From Elusimicrobiales bacterium (GTDB lineage Bacteria; Elusimicrobiota; Elusimicrobia; Elusimicrobiales; Elusimicrobiaceae), in the NCBI GenBank assembly GCA_041651175.1, contig JBAZJT010000002.1, positions 17,322 to 81,321 of the forward strand: a DNA stretch of 64,000 bases, written 5' to 3'. The stretch's first letter is position 1, and each line of letters begins with the position of its first letter. Shown one piece after another: positions 1 to 8,079 of the stretch. The notes under the pieces were generated by a model, which worked only from the letters and a program-made list of their open reading frames with translations, had not been told where the DNA came from and ran no database searches. The position numbers were made by a program, and so were the translations under genes.

Positions 1-140
1 AGCTTTTGCGCCAGCCTGACGGCATGCCGCTCCTGCTTTACGTCCGCGCTGGAGGCGGAAACGGTGTCGCCGCCGCCAAAGCTGATCGCCAGCCGAAGCG
101 GCGTATCGGAGGAATCAACAGCCAGAATAGTTTTGCTCAT
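1..140 (-). CDS. tsaB: TsaB/YeaZ-like t6A biosynthesis protein, N-terminal fragment (gene runs off left edge)
   Basis: Not in ORF track because truncated. Manual minus-strand translation from ATG at 140 gives MSKTILAVDSSDTPLRLAISFGGGDTVSASSADVKQERHAVRLAQK. The ILAVDSS N-terminus is typical of TsaB. ATGA overlap with the tsaE stop (137-140). Confidence 0.5.
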   Translation of the reverse strand, partial: MSKTILAVDSSDTPLRLAISFGGGDTVSASSADVKQERHAVRLAQK

Positions 141-601
141 GAAAGCAGCCTCCCGGACAGCGGGCCGCGCGCGGCGGCGGTTATGCGCCGTTTGCCGCCG
201 GCCAGCAGCTTTATCTCAATCTCCAGCCTGTCCTGCGGCAGGAAATCGGCGGCGGGGTCCGGCCATTCGGCGGCGATTACAGCCGCCGGGTCCTCCAGCA
301 GCGTCTCCAGCCCCAGGTTGGCGGTTTCGCCGGAGTTCAGCCTGAACAAATCTATATGGAAAAGCCGCAGTTTCGGGGAGCGGTATTGGCGCATCAGGTT
401 GAAGCTGGCGCTGGAAGGCGCGGTTTTGACGCCCAGCGCCTTGGCCAGCCCCTGCACGAAAACGGTTTTGCCCGCGCCTATGGGGCCGCGCAGGAAAATT
501 ATCTCGCCGCCGCGCAGCCTGCGCGCAAGGCGCGCCGCCAGCCGCCGCGTCGCGGCGGCTGAATCAGAAATGCTCGAAACTTTCGGGGCGGCAGTTCGCA
601 T
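137..601 (-). CDS. tsaE: tRNA t6A biosynthesis ATPase TsaE (YjeE family)
   Basis: 154 aa. P-loop FLRGPIGAGKTVFVQGLAKALG, and size typical of TsaE. ATG at 601 overlaps the thiL 3' end. Confidence 0.8.
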   Translation of the reverse strand: MRTAAPKVSSISDSAAATRRLAARLARRLRGGEIIFLRGPIGAGKTVFVQGLAKALGVKTAPSSASFNLMRQYRSPKLRLFHIDLFRLNSGETANLGLETLLEDPAAVIAAEWPDPAADFLPQDRLEIEIKLLAGGKRRITAAARGPLSGRLLS

Positions 602-1511
602 GAATTGTTTTGCCTTTTGTCATCACGCCCAGCGCGCGGGCCCGGGGGAATGTTTTGATGAATTCCGCCGCGCGGCGCGGGGGGACCGCCATCACCAGCC
701 CGTAATCCTCCCCGCCGGAAAGAATATATTCCCGCCAGTCCTTTTTGCGCGCCTTGCAGTATCGCGCCAGCTCCGGCGACAGCGCGTCTTCGGTGATATC
801 AATGAACGCGCCGCAGCCGGAGGCGGCGGCAAGCGTTTTGACGCTTTTATAAAGCCCGTCAGAATTGTCCATCATGGCGGAGGCCAGCTTTTTTTTGCCG
901 ATAACCGCGCCCGCCTCCGGTTGAATGCGCGGCAGCCAGAAAGCTTCAACAAGTTTGCCGGTTTTATGGCCGGAGAGCACAAGCTCCAGCCCCGCCCTTG
1001 CCTGGCCCAGCGCGCCTATGCCGAATATCAGGTCCCCCGGCTTTGCGCCGCCGCGCCGGATGATTTCCGACGGCCTGGCCTCGCCGGTTACGGTAAGCGA
1101 AAAGTGCATTTTGTCCGAGCGGGCCAGATTCCCGCCCGCCAGCGACGCGCCGAAGCGGTTGAGCTCCTTCATCAGCGCGCGGACGAAGGTTTTGGTCCAT
1201 TCCCAACTGGCGTTGCGCGGCAGTCCCGCGCAGCACAGCGCGCAGACGGGTTTTACATTGCCCATCCCCGCCAGGTCGCTGAGATTTATGCGCGCCAGCT
1301 TGCGCCCCAGCAGCGCGGGCGGGCAGCCCGCCGGAAAATGGGTGCCTTCCGCCATCTCGTCGGCGGTCAGCGCCAGCGCATAGCCTGGCCGGGCGCGGAC
1401 CAGCGCGCAGTCGTCGCCGGGGCCAAGCAGGATGCGCGGGTCTTTCTGGCTGGCCGCAAGCCTGCCGATATGCTCCAGCATTCTGAATTCGCCGACGCGG
1501 GCTATGTCCAT
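564..1511 (-). CDS. thiL: thiamine-monophosphate kinase
   Basis: 315 aa. AIR-synthase-related architecture. GPGDDCALV and LTADEMAEGTHF motifs are characteristic of ThiL. Confidence 0.8.
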   Translation of the reverse strand: MDIARVGEFRMLEHIGRLAASQKDPRILLGPGDDCALVRARPGYALALTADEMAEGTHFPAGCPPALLGRKLARINLSDLAGMGNVKPVCALCCAGLPRNASWEWTKTFVRALMKELNRFGASLAGGNLARSDKMHFSLTVTGEARPSEIIRRGGAKPGDLIFGIGALGQARAGLELVLSGHKTGKLVEAFWLPRIQPEAGAVIGKKKLASAMMDNSDGLYKSVKTLAAASGCGAFIDITEDALSPELARYCKARKKDWREYILSGGEDYGLVMAVPPRRAAEFIKTFPRARALGVMTKGKTIHANCRPESFEHF

Positions 1512-1535
1512 GTGAATATGATATAAAATACTGCC

Positions 1536-2699
1536 ATGATTGACTTCATCGCCGCATTGCTGCTGGCCGGGCGGCTGGCCGCCGCGCAGGACAGCGTATG
1601 GGTGTCCCAGTCCGTGCCGGAGGCGACCGTGTACGGCTCCACCTGCGCGCTGAACCCGCAGCAGACATGGATAGACATGATAAACTCCTCCAGAAAATCG
1701 CTGGAGCTGGCGGCTTTCTACATAGAAAGCAAGAAAGGCCAGGCGCTGGAGCCGGTGCTTTACGCCATACGCTCCGCGGCGGAGCGCGGGGTGGACGTCA
1801 AAATACTGGCCGACCGCGCGTTCTACAAAAAGATGCCCTCAGAGCTGGACGCGCTGCGCGCCACCGGCGGCATAGCCGTGCGGATTATTGACTTTTCAAA
1901 GGCCGGCGGCGGGGTGATGCACGCCAAATATTTCATCGTGGACGGGGAGGATGTTTTCTGCGGCAGCCAGAATATGGACTGGCGCTCGCTGTCTCAGATT
2001 CACGAAATCGGGCTGCGAATCAAAAACGCCCGCATCGCGACCGTCTTCCGCCGCGTTTTCTACACGGACTGGGAGGAGGCCGGCGGCGACGTGCCCCGCC
2101 TGCCGGGGGCCGAGCCGCTTTCCGCCTCGTCCACGGAAACGTTGGTGATGGGCGGCGTCCGTGTGGGCGCCTACGCGGTTTTCGGCCCGCCGGATTTCCT
2201 GCCGCGCCATTTCGGCAGCGAGATAGACGAGTTGATGCGCCTTATAGACGGCGCGCGCAAATCCTTCAGCGCGCAGGTGATGACCTATTCGCTTTCCCGG
2301 CGCAAAGGCGGCAAATGGCGGCTGCTGGACGATGCGCTGCGCCGCGCCGGCGCGCGCGGGGTGTCCGTGCGGCTGATATTTGCGGACTGGAGCATGAAAG
2401 AACGCAACGCCGCCGACATCAAATCGCTTGCCCGCGCGCCCGGGGTGAAGGTTAAAATATCATCGCTGCCGCAGCTGCCGGCGGGGTACATTCCCTACGC
2501 CCGCGTGGAGCATTGCAAGTACGCCGTCATAGACGGCGCGGTATCGGTGGTCAGCACCTCCAACTGGGAGCACGATTATTTTTACGCCTCGCGCGACGCC
2601 GCCGTGGTGCTGCTGGGGGAGAGACCAGCGTATATCCTGGGCGGCATATTTGAAAAAGCCTGGAACGGGCCTTATGTGAAACCGGCGGAGAAACTGTGA
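1536..2699 (+). CDS. phospholipase D / cardiolipin-synthase-like protein with two HKD motifs, secreted
   Basis: 387 aa. N-terminal hydrophobic signal (IAALLLAGRLAAAQD). HKD motif 1 is HAKYFIVDGEDVFCGSQNMDWRS and HKD motif 2 is HCKYAVIDGAVSVVSTSNWEHDY. Confidence 0.8.
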   Translation: MIDFIAALLLAGRLAAAQDSVWVSQSVPEATVYGSTCALNPQQTWIDMINSSRKSLELAAFYIESKKGQALEPVLYAIRSAAERGVDVKILADRAFYKKMPSELDALRATGGIAVRIIDFSKAGGGVMHAKYFIVDGEDVFCGSQNMDWRSLSQIHEIGLRIKNARIATVFRRVFYTDWEEAGGDVPRLPGAEPLSASSTETLVMGGVRVGAYAVFGPPDFLPRHFGSEIDELMRLIDGARKSFSAQVMTYSLSRRKGGKWRLLDDALRRAGARGVSVRLIFADWSMKERNAADIKSLARAPGVKVKISSLPQLPAGYIPYARVEHCKYAVIDGAVSVVSTSNWEHDYFYASRDAAVVLLGERPAYILGGIFEKAWNGPYVKPAEKL

Positions 2700-3259
2700 G
2701 GGTGTTCCTGTTTTTGTCTTTTGCCGCGGCGGCGCTGGCTTTTTCCCCGGCGCAGAAGCTGGCGTCGCAGGCGAAAGCCGCCCGCAAACCCGCCGATAAA
2801 ATCCGGCTGTTTTCAAAGTCCATAAAGCTGGAGCCTTCCGCGCAGGCATACGCGGGCCGGGCGCTGGCGTGCCGCGCGCTGGGCGAAAACGAGGCCGCCC
2901 TGTCCGATTTTAATCATGCGGCGAAGCTGCTGCCGGGAGATTACTGGATTTACCTCCAGCGCGCACGCGCATTGGCCGCGTTGGGCAGGTTTGCCGCGGC
3001 GGAGGAGGATTTTTCCTCCGCAATCAGGCTTGACGCGGCCTGCTGGCCCGCCTACAACGGGCGCGCCGCCGCCCGCGCCGCCCGCGGCGCCTACGACGAG
3101 GCCGTGTCCGACTACAGCCGCGTCATAAACCATGCCTCCGGCGCGGACGCGCTTGAGGCTCGCAAGGGCCGTTCCGCCGCGTTTGCCAGGCTTGGAATGG
3201 CCAAACAGTCGCGCGAGGACGCCGCGCGCCTGAAGCCGGAAACGGGGAAAAAACGATGA
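2696..3259 (+). CDS. TPR-repeat protein with signal peptide
   Basis: 187 aa. GTG start in a GTGA overlap with the PLD stop. Signal-like N-terminus MRVFLFLSFAAAALAFSPA. Repeated A/Y/G-patterned 34-aa TPR-like units (AYAGRALACRALGENEAALSDFNHAAKL...). Confidence 0.65.
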   Translation: MRVFLFLSFAAAALAFSPAQKLASQAKAARKPADKIRLFSKSIKLEPSAQAYAGRALACRALGENEAALSDFNHAAKLLPGDYWIYLQRARALAALGRFAAAEEDFSSAIRLDAACWPAYNGRAAARAARGAYDEAVSDYSRVINHASGADALEARKGRSAAFARLGMAKQSREDAARLKPETGKKR

Positions 3260-4506
3260 CCAATCTTCCTGTTGATTCGTCTGCGCCGCTGCCGCATTTC
3301 CGCCGCTCTATTGACGCTGCCATGGTGGAGCACGAGGGCGAACCCATGCTCATGCTGCGCGACGCCGAAGGCATAACCGAGCATGTGATGCTGGTTTCCC
3401 CCTCCGCGCTGATGGTGATAACCCTGATGGATGGCAGGAACAGCCTCTCCGATATAAAGGCGCTGATAATGAAGCGCACGGGCGTCGCCCTGCCGGAGAT
3501 GGGGCTGGCCAGCCTTGTAAGCGAATTTCAGAAGCTGCATTTCATGGAGAACGAGGAGACCGCCGCGCTGCGGCGCGCCTCGCGCGAGGAGTTTTCGGCC
3601 AGCCCGGTCAGAAAGCCGGCGCTGGCGGGCATCTCCTACCCGCGCGACAGGGAGGGGGCGGAGCGTTTTATCGGAGAGGCGCTGAAAGCCGAAGGGGCGC
3701 CGCCGGATGACATGTCCGCGCCGTTTGCGGGCGCGCCCGCCGGGCTTGTGGCGCCGCATATAGACATAATGCGCGGCGCGCGCTGCTACGCCCGCGCATA
3801 TAAAACGTTGCAAAAATGCGCCAGGCCGGACGTGATAATCGCCGTCGGAGTGGCCCATGCCGGGCCGGACGCGCCCTGGGTCCTGACGGACAAGCGGTAT
3901 CAGACCCCGCTTGGCGAAATGCCGGCGGATGCGGATATGGTCCGGGCATTGTCCGGCTGCCTGTGGTACGACCGCAGGGCGGATGAGATGGTCCACAAAA
4001 CCGAGCATTCGCTTGAATACCAGGCCCTGTGGCTCAAACACATCTGGGGCGGCGACGCGCCGCCCTGGGTGCCGGTGCTGGCGTCGGATTTCACGCGGTT
4101 TGCGCCGGAGAGGCCGCCGGAAAGCGGCAGTTCCGCCGGCGCCGGGCTGGATAAAATGTGCGCCGTCCTTTCCGCCGAGGCGGCCAAAGGCCGGAAAATA
4201 ATGGTGCTGGCGGCTGTGGATTTGTCCCATGTGAATCTCAAGGAAGAGGGCAACTCGCCGGAGCAGACCGAGGGGCGGGACAAAGCCTCGCTGGAACTGG
4301 CCCTCAGGCCGGACCCGGACGGATTTTACCGCGACGTGTGCGCCGGCGGCAACCCGCGTTCGGTGTGCGGGCTTTCCGCGCTGTATACGGCGGCGCGGTT
4401 TATAGCCGCGGTTTCCCCTCAGGCGCGCGGCAAATTGCTGGATTACGCCGTTTCCCAGGACCCGGCGGGCGGCGCGGTCAGCTTCGCGGCGGCGATTTAT
4501 GGATAA
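3256..4506 (+). CDS. amrB: Memo-family protein (AmmeMemoRadiSam system protein B-like) with ~117-aa N-terminal extension
   Basis: 416 aa. The Memo core starts near RKPALAGISYPRD, followed by VAPHIDIMRGARCYARAY and IIAVGVAH. The N-terminal 117 aa is extra (see findings). ATGA overlap with the upstream TPR gene. Confidence 0.7.
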   Translation: MTNLPVDSSAPLPHFRRSIDAAMVEHEGEPMLMLRDAEGITEHVMLVSPSALMVITLMDGRNSLSDIKALIMKRTGVALPEMGLASLVSEFQKLHFMENEETAALRRASREEFSASPVRKPALAGISYPRDREGAERFIGEALKAEGAPPDDMSAPFAGAPAGLVAPHIDIMRGARCYARAYKTLQKCARPDVIIAVGVAHAGPDAPWVLTDKRYQTPLGEMPADADMVRALSGCLWYDRRADEMVHKTEHSLEYQALWLKHIWGGDAPPWVPVLASDFTRFAPERPPESGSSAGAGLDKMCAVLSAEAAKGRKIMVLAAVDLSHVNLKEEGNSPEQTEGRDKASLELALRPDPDGFYRDVCAGGNPRSVCGLSALYTAARFIAAVSPQARGKLLDYAVSQDPAGGAVSFAAAIYG

Positions 4507-4834
4507 ATATATTGAAGGGCTGGAAGCGGCGGTTACGGTGTGCGACGAAACCGGCGTCATAACCGCCATGAACGATAAGGCGGCGCAGGTGTTTGCCAAA
4601 GACGGCGGCAAAAATCTGATAGGCAAAAACTCGCTGGACTGCCATCCCGAGCCTGCCCGCTCCAAGCTGGCCGGTATGCTCAAAAACCCGCGCGCCAATG
4701 TCTACACGATTGAGAAAAAAGGCGTCAGGAAACTGATATATCAGGCTCCCTGGCGCGAGGACGGGAAATTCATGGGGTATGTGGAGCTGTCCTTTGAAAT
4801 CCCTGCGGAAATGCCTCACCACGTAAGGAAATGA
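4499..4834 (+). CDS. small single-domain PAS protein (PAS_10-like, conserved CHP motif)
   Basis: 111 aa. GVITAMNDKAAQVF...GKNSLDCHPEPARSKL...YQAPWREDGKFMGYVELSFEI resembles the stand-alone PAS domain associated with DUF438/hemerythrin proteins. 8-nt overlap with amrB. Confidence 0.55.
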   Translation: MDKYIEGLEAAVTVCDETGVITAMNDKAAQVFAKDGGKNLIGKNSLDCHPEPARSKLAGMLKNPRANVYTIEKKGVRKLIYQAPWREDGKFMGYVELSFEIPAEMPHHVRK

Positions 4835-4837
4835 CTT

Positions 4838-5239
4838 ATGCACGAATGGGCATTGGTTGACGCCGTTGCCGAAGCCGCCCGCCGCGCCGCAGAGGCGGAA
4901 AAAATGAAGCGGGTGGACACGGTGGCGGTGGTGCTTGGCGAGCTGCAGAACATAGACCGCGCCGCGGCGAAAAGCCTTTTTCTGGAAATACGCAAAGGCA
5001 AGGGCCCCGCGCTGCGCGGCGCGCGGCTGGCGGTCTCGTCCGAGAAGGCGGCTTTCAAATGCCGCAACTGCGGGCGGGTTTTCGGGATGGCGAAACTTGC
5101 CCATAACAAGGCGGAGGCCGTGCATTTTCTGCCGGAAATGGCGCATGTCTGGCTGCGCTGCCCGCGCTGCAAAAGCGCGGATTTTTCGGTTGAAAAGGGC
5201 CGCGGAATCTACATAAAAGAAATAACCGGAGAGAAATGA
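4838..5239 (+). CDS. hypA: [NiFe]-hydrogenase nickel metallochaperone HypA (long, archaeal-like form)
   Basis: 133 aa. N-terminal MHEW nickel-binding motif. Zinc site CRNC ... CPRC separated by a ~30-aa insert (HFLPEMAHVWLRCPRC). AAGGA Shine-Dalgarno ~9 nt upstream. Confidence 0.75.
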   Translation: MHEWALVDAVAEAARRAAEAEKMKRVDTVAVVLGELQNIDRAAAKSLFLEIRKGKGPALRGARLAVSSEKAAFKCRNCGRVFGMAKLAHNKAEAVHFLPEMAHVWLRCPRCKSADFSVEKGRGIYIKEITGEK

Positions 5240-5952
5240 AACTATCCGATTTCCGAGAATTGGGCGCGACGGCGCGGCTGTCCGAAGTGAAAAGGGTGCT
5301 GGTTGTAACCGGCTGGAAGGGCGGCATCGGCAAAAGCACGGTCGCCTGCTCGCTGGCGATGGCTTTGGCGAAAACCGGCGCGGAAACCGGATTGTTGGAC
5401 GCAGACATCACCGGCGCCTGCTGCCATTCGATACTTGGCGTAAAGCCGACTTTCCCGCAGGAGATTGAAGGACTGGAGCCGCGTCCGGTGGCCGGGGTTA
5501 AATTCATGTCCGCCGCGTTTTTCAGCGGGGGCGGGGCGGTGGCGCTTAGGGGGGGGGATGTGTCGCGGTCGCTGCTTGAACTGCTGGCCGTTACCCAGTG
5601 GCGGGAGCTGGATTTCCTGGTGATAGACATGCCGCCCGGCATTTCCGACGCAGGGCTGGAATTGCTGCGCCTTGTGCCCCGCGCGGAGCTTGTGATAGTC
5701 TCCGTTCCCGGCAAGCTGGCGCAGGGGGCGCTGCGCCGCTCGCTGAAGCTGTTCGGGGAATTCGGCGCGCCGGTGGCTGGAATAGTCGCCAACGCCGTCG
5801 TCCCCGGCCACCGGCCCGCGGAAAAAAATCTGCTGGGCGCGATTCCCCACGATCCGCGCTATGAGGCCGCCATCGGCAACCCCGCCGTCATCGCCAAAAC
5901 CCGCGTTTTCAAAGCCGCGCTGGACATAGCCGGCGCGCTGCGGCGTAATTGA
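5236..5952 (+). CDS. Mrp/NBP35/MinD-family P-loop ATPase (candidate HypB-type partner of HypA)
   Basis: 238 aa. Deviant Walker A VVTGWKGGIGKSTVACSLA. DFLVIDMPPGISD. ATGA-coupled to hypA. Confidence 0.8.
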   Translation: MKLSDFRELGATARLSEVKRVLVVTGWKGGIGKSTVACSLAMALAKTGAETGLLDADITGACCHSILGVKPTFPQEIEGLEPRPVAGVKFMSAAFFSGGGAVALRGGDVSRSLLELLAVTQWRELDFLVIDMPPGISDAGLELLRLVPRAELVIVSVPGKLAQGALRRSLKLFGEFGAPVAGIVANAVVPGHRPAEKNLLGAIPHDPRYEAAIGNPAVIAKTRVFKAALDIAGALRRN

Positions 5953-5964
5953 TATAATATTCCG

Positions 5965-8079
5965 ATGCTTCTTGAAATTTGGCGCGACAAGTACCGGCGC
6001 TGGCTGTATCTGGGCGCGCTGGCTGTTGTTGCCTGCTCGGTTTGCGCGGCGGCGGGGCTGCGGTATGTATTCTCCGGCCTGCCGTCAACCGTCGGGCTGG
6101 AGGAATACACCCCGTCGCTCACCACCCGCGTTTTTGACGCCAACGGCAAATCCATAGCCGAATTCTCCATGCAGCGGCGCGCGCTTATCCCGCTGGCGCA
6201 GATTCCGGTGGATTTGCAGAACGCCGTAATCGCCACCGAGGACACAAATTTCTTCCATCACTACGGCATCTCGCCAAAGGGCATTCTGCGCTCCCTGCTG
6301 CGCGACGTTTTGCACCGCCGGGCGGCGCAGGGCGCCTCCACCATAACCCAGCAGCTTGCCCGCCAGATTTTCCTCACGCCGGAAAAAACCATACTCCGCA
6401 AAATCCGCGAGGTGATAATAACCTTCCAGATAGAAAGCCGCTTCAGCAAGGAAGAGATTTTGCAGATGTACCTGAACCAGATTTATTTCGGCGAAAGCGC
6501 GCATGGCGCCTCGGCGGCGGCGCGGGTGTATTTCAACAAGGAAGTCTCGCAGCTTACGCTGCCGGAGTCCGCATTGCTTGCCGGGCTGATACAGCTGCCG
6601 GGCCGCTACTCGCCTTTTTCCAGCCCGGCGCGCGCCAAATGGCGCAGAAGCGTGGTGCTGGAGCGGATGGAGGAGGAAGGCTACATCACCGAAAAGGAGC
6701 GCACCTCCGCCAAGAACGCCCCGCTGCCGGTTGAAAAGCCGGCGTTTCTGGCCACGCACGCGCCCTATTTCGTGGAATACGTGCGGCAGTATCTGGAGCC
6801 TAAATACGGTGTGAACATGCTCTGGCAGGGCGGCCTCTACATCTACACCACCCTGGACCTGGACGCGCAGCTTGTGGCCGAAAAAGTGATGGACAAGGAC
6901 CTTTCCGCCATAGACGCCGACGTCGCCAAAACCATAGCCAAAGCGGAGCAGTCCGGCGATTACGAGGCGGATGTCTCCACAAGCGGCATGAAGCTGCAGG
7001 GCGCTTTCCTGATGATGGATGTCAAAAGCGGCGCAATCCGCGTGATGATAGGCGGCAGGGATTACAAGGAGACCAAGTTCAACCGCACGGCGCAGTCCAA
7101 CCGGCAGCCCGGCTCCACCTTCAAGCCTTTTGTCTGGATGACCGCGCTGCAGAACGGCTACACCCCCGCCTCCATGGTGCCGGATTCGCCGCTGGCGTAT
7201 TATTACGACGGGCGGGACTGGCGGCTTTTTGAGGGCGCCACCAGCCAGTATTCAATCGCCCTGGCCACGCAGCCTTTCGTGGGCAGCAAGGATTTCAAAA
7301 TCTGGGTGCCGGAAAATTTTGACCATAAAATGCTGGGCGACATAACTCTGCGCAAGGGGCTGGAACTCTCGCGCAACGTGGTGTCGGTGGGCCTGGTGGA
7401 CAAACTGGGGCCGACGCTGGTGGCCGAAACCGCCAGGAAGGCCGGCATCCGGCGCAAGCTGGACCCGGTGCCCTCGCTGGGGCTGGGAACCTCGGCGGTG
7501 TCGCTGCTGGAGATGGTCAACTCTTTTTCCACCTTCGCCAACGGCGGCATACGGACGGAGCCTTACGCCGTTGTCCGCGTGGAGGACCAGCAGCGCCGCG
7601 TGCTGGAAGAGCATATCCCATCCGAGACCGAGGTTTTCCCGCCCAATTATTCTTATGTGCTGGTGAACATGATGCGCGGCGTGGTGGACAGGGGAACCGG
7701 GCGCGCCGCCCATGTGCTCAACCGCCCGCTGGCCGGCAAAACCGGCACCAGTCAGGATCACCGCGACATGTGGTTTATCGGCATGACCCCCGATGTGGCC
7801 GCCGGCGCGTGGATGGGCTATGACGATTTCTCCTCCATAGAAAGCAAAGACTGGACCGGCGGCGGCACCGTCGTGCCCTGGTGGACGGAAATCATGGGCG
7901 GGCTGCTCAAAAACCAGCCGCCGCGCCCGTTCCCCGTGCCGGACGGCGTTACCTTCGCGCTGATAGATTCCGACAGCGGCAAGCTGGCCCTGCCCACCTG
8001 CCGCCGCAAATTCCTGGAAGCCTTCGTCAAAGGCACCGAACCCAAGGCTTTCTGCGAAATTGACCACGACGCAAATTGA
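5965..8079 (+). CDS. class A penicillin-binding protein (PBP1A-type transglycosylase/transpeptidase)
   Basis: 704 aa. N-terminal TM helix. GT51 motif ATEDTNFFHHYGISPKG. Transpeptidase motifs STFKPF (SxxK), SRN and KTGTS. Confidence 0.9.
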   Translation: MLLEIWRDKYRRWLYLGALAVVACSVCAAAGLRYVFSGLPSTVGLEEYTPSLTTRVFDANGKSIAEFSMQRRALIPLAQIPVDLQNAVIATEDTNFFHHYGISPKGILRSLLRDVLHRRAAQGASTITQQLARQIFLTPEKTILRKIREVIITFQIESRFSKEEILQMYLNQIYFGESAHGASAAARVYFNKEVSQLTLPESALLAGLIQLPGRYSPFSSPARAKWRRSVVLERMEEEGYITEKERTSAKNAPLPVEKPAFLATHAPYFVEYVRQYLEPKYGVNMLWQGGLYIYTTLDLDAQLVAEKVMDKDLSAIDADVAKTIAKAEQSGDYEADVSTSGMKLQGAFLMMDVKSGAIRVMIGGRDYKETKFNRTAQSNRQPGSTFKPFVWMTALQNGYTPASMVPDSPLAYYYDGRDWRLFEGATSQYSIALATQPFVGSKDFKIWVPENFDHKMLGDITLRKGLELSRNVVSVGLVDKLGPTLVAETARKAGIRRKLDPVPSLGLGTSAVSLLEMVNSFSTFANGGIRTEPYAVVRVEDQQRRVLEEHIPSETEVFPPNYSYVLVNMMRGVVDRGTGRAAHVLNRPLAGKTGTSQDHRDMWFIGMTPDVAAGAWMGYDDFSSIESKDWTGGGTVVPWWTEIMGGLLKNQPPRPFPVPDGVTFALIDSDSGKLALPTCRRKFLEAFVKGTEPKAFCEIDHDAN

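Noticed and set aside
6-1526. 506-aa plus-strand ORF spanning the tsaE/thiL region
   Set aside because: It is antisense to two genes with clear family motifs. The product is Arg/Ala/Gly-rich low complexity with no motif. It is a typical shadow ORF of GC-rich DNA, where stop codons are scarce.
3112-4698. 528-aa minus-strand ORF opposite the Memo gene
   Set aside because: It is Arg/Gly/His-rich with no recognisable domain, and lies antisense to an ORF with Memo motifs and tight operon overlaps.
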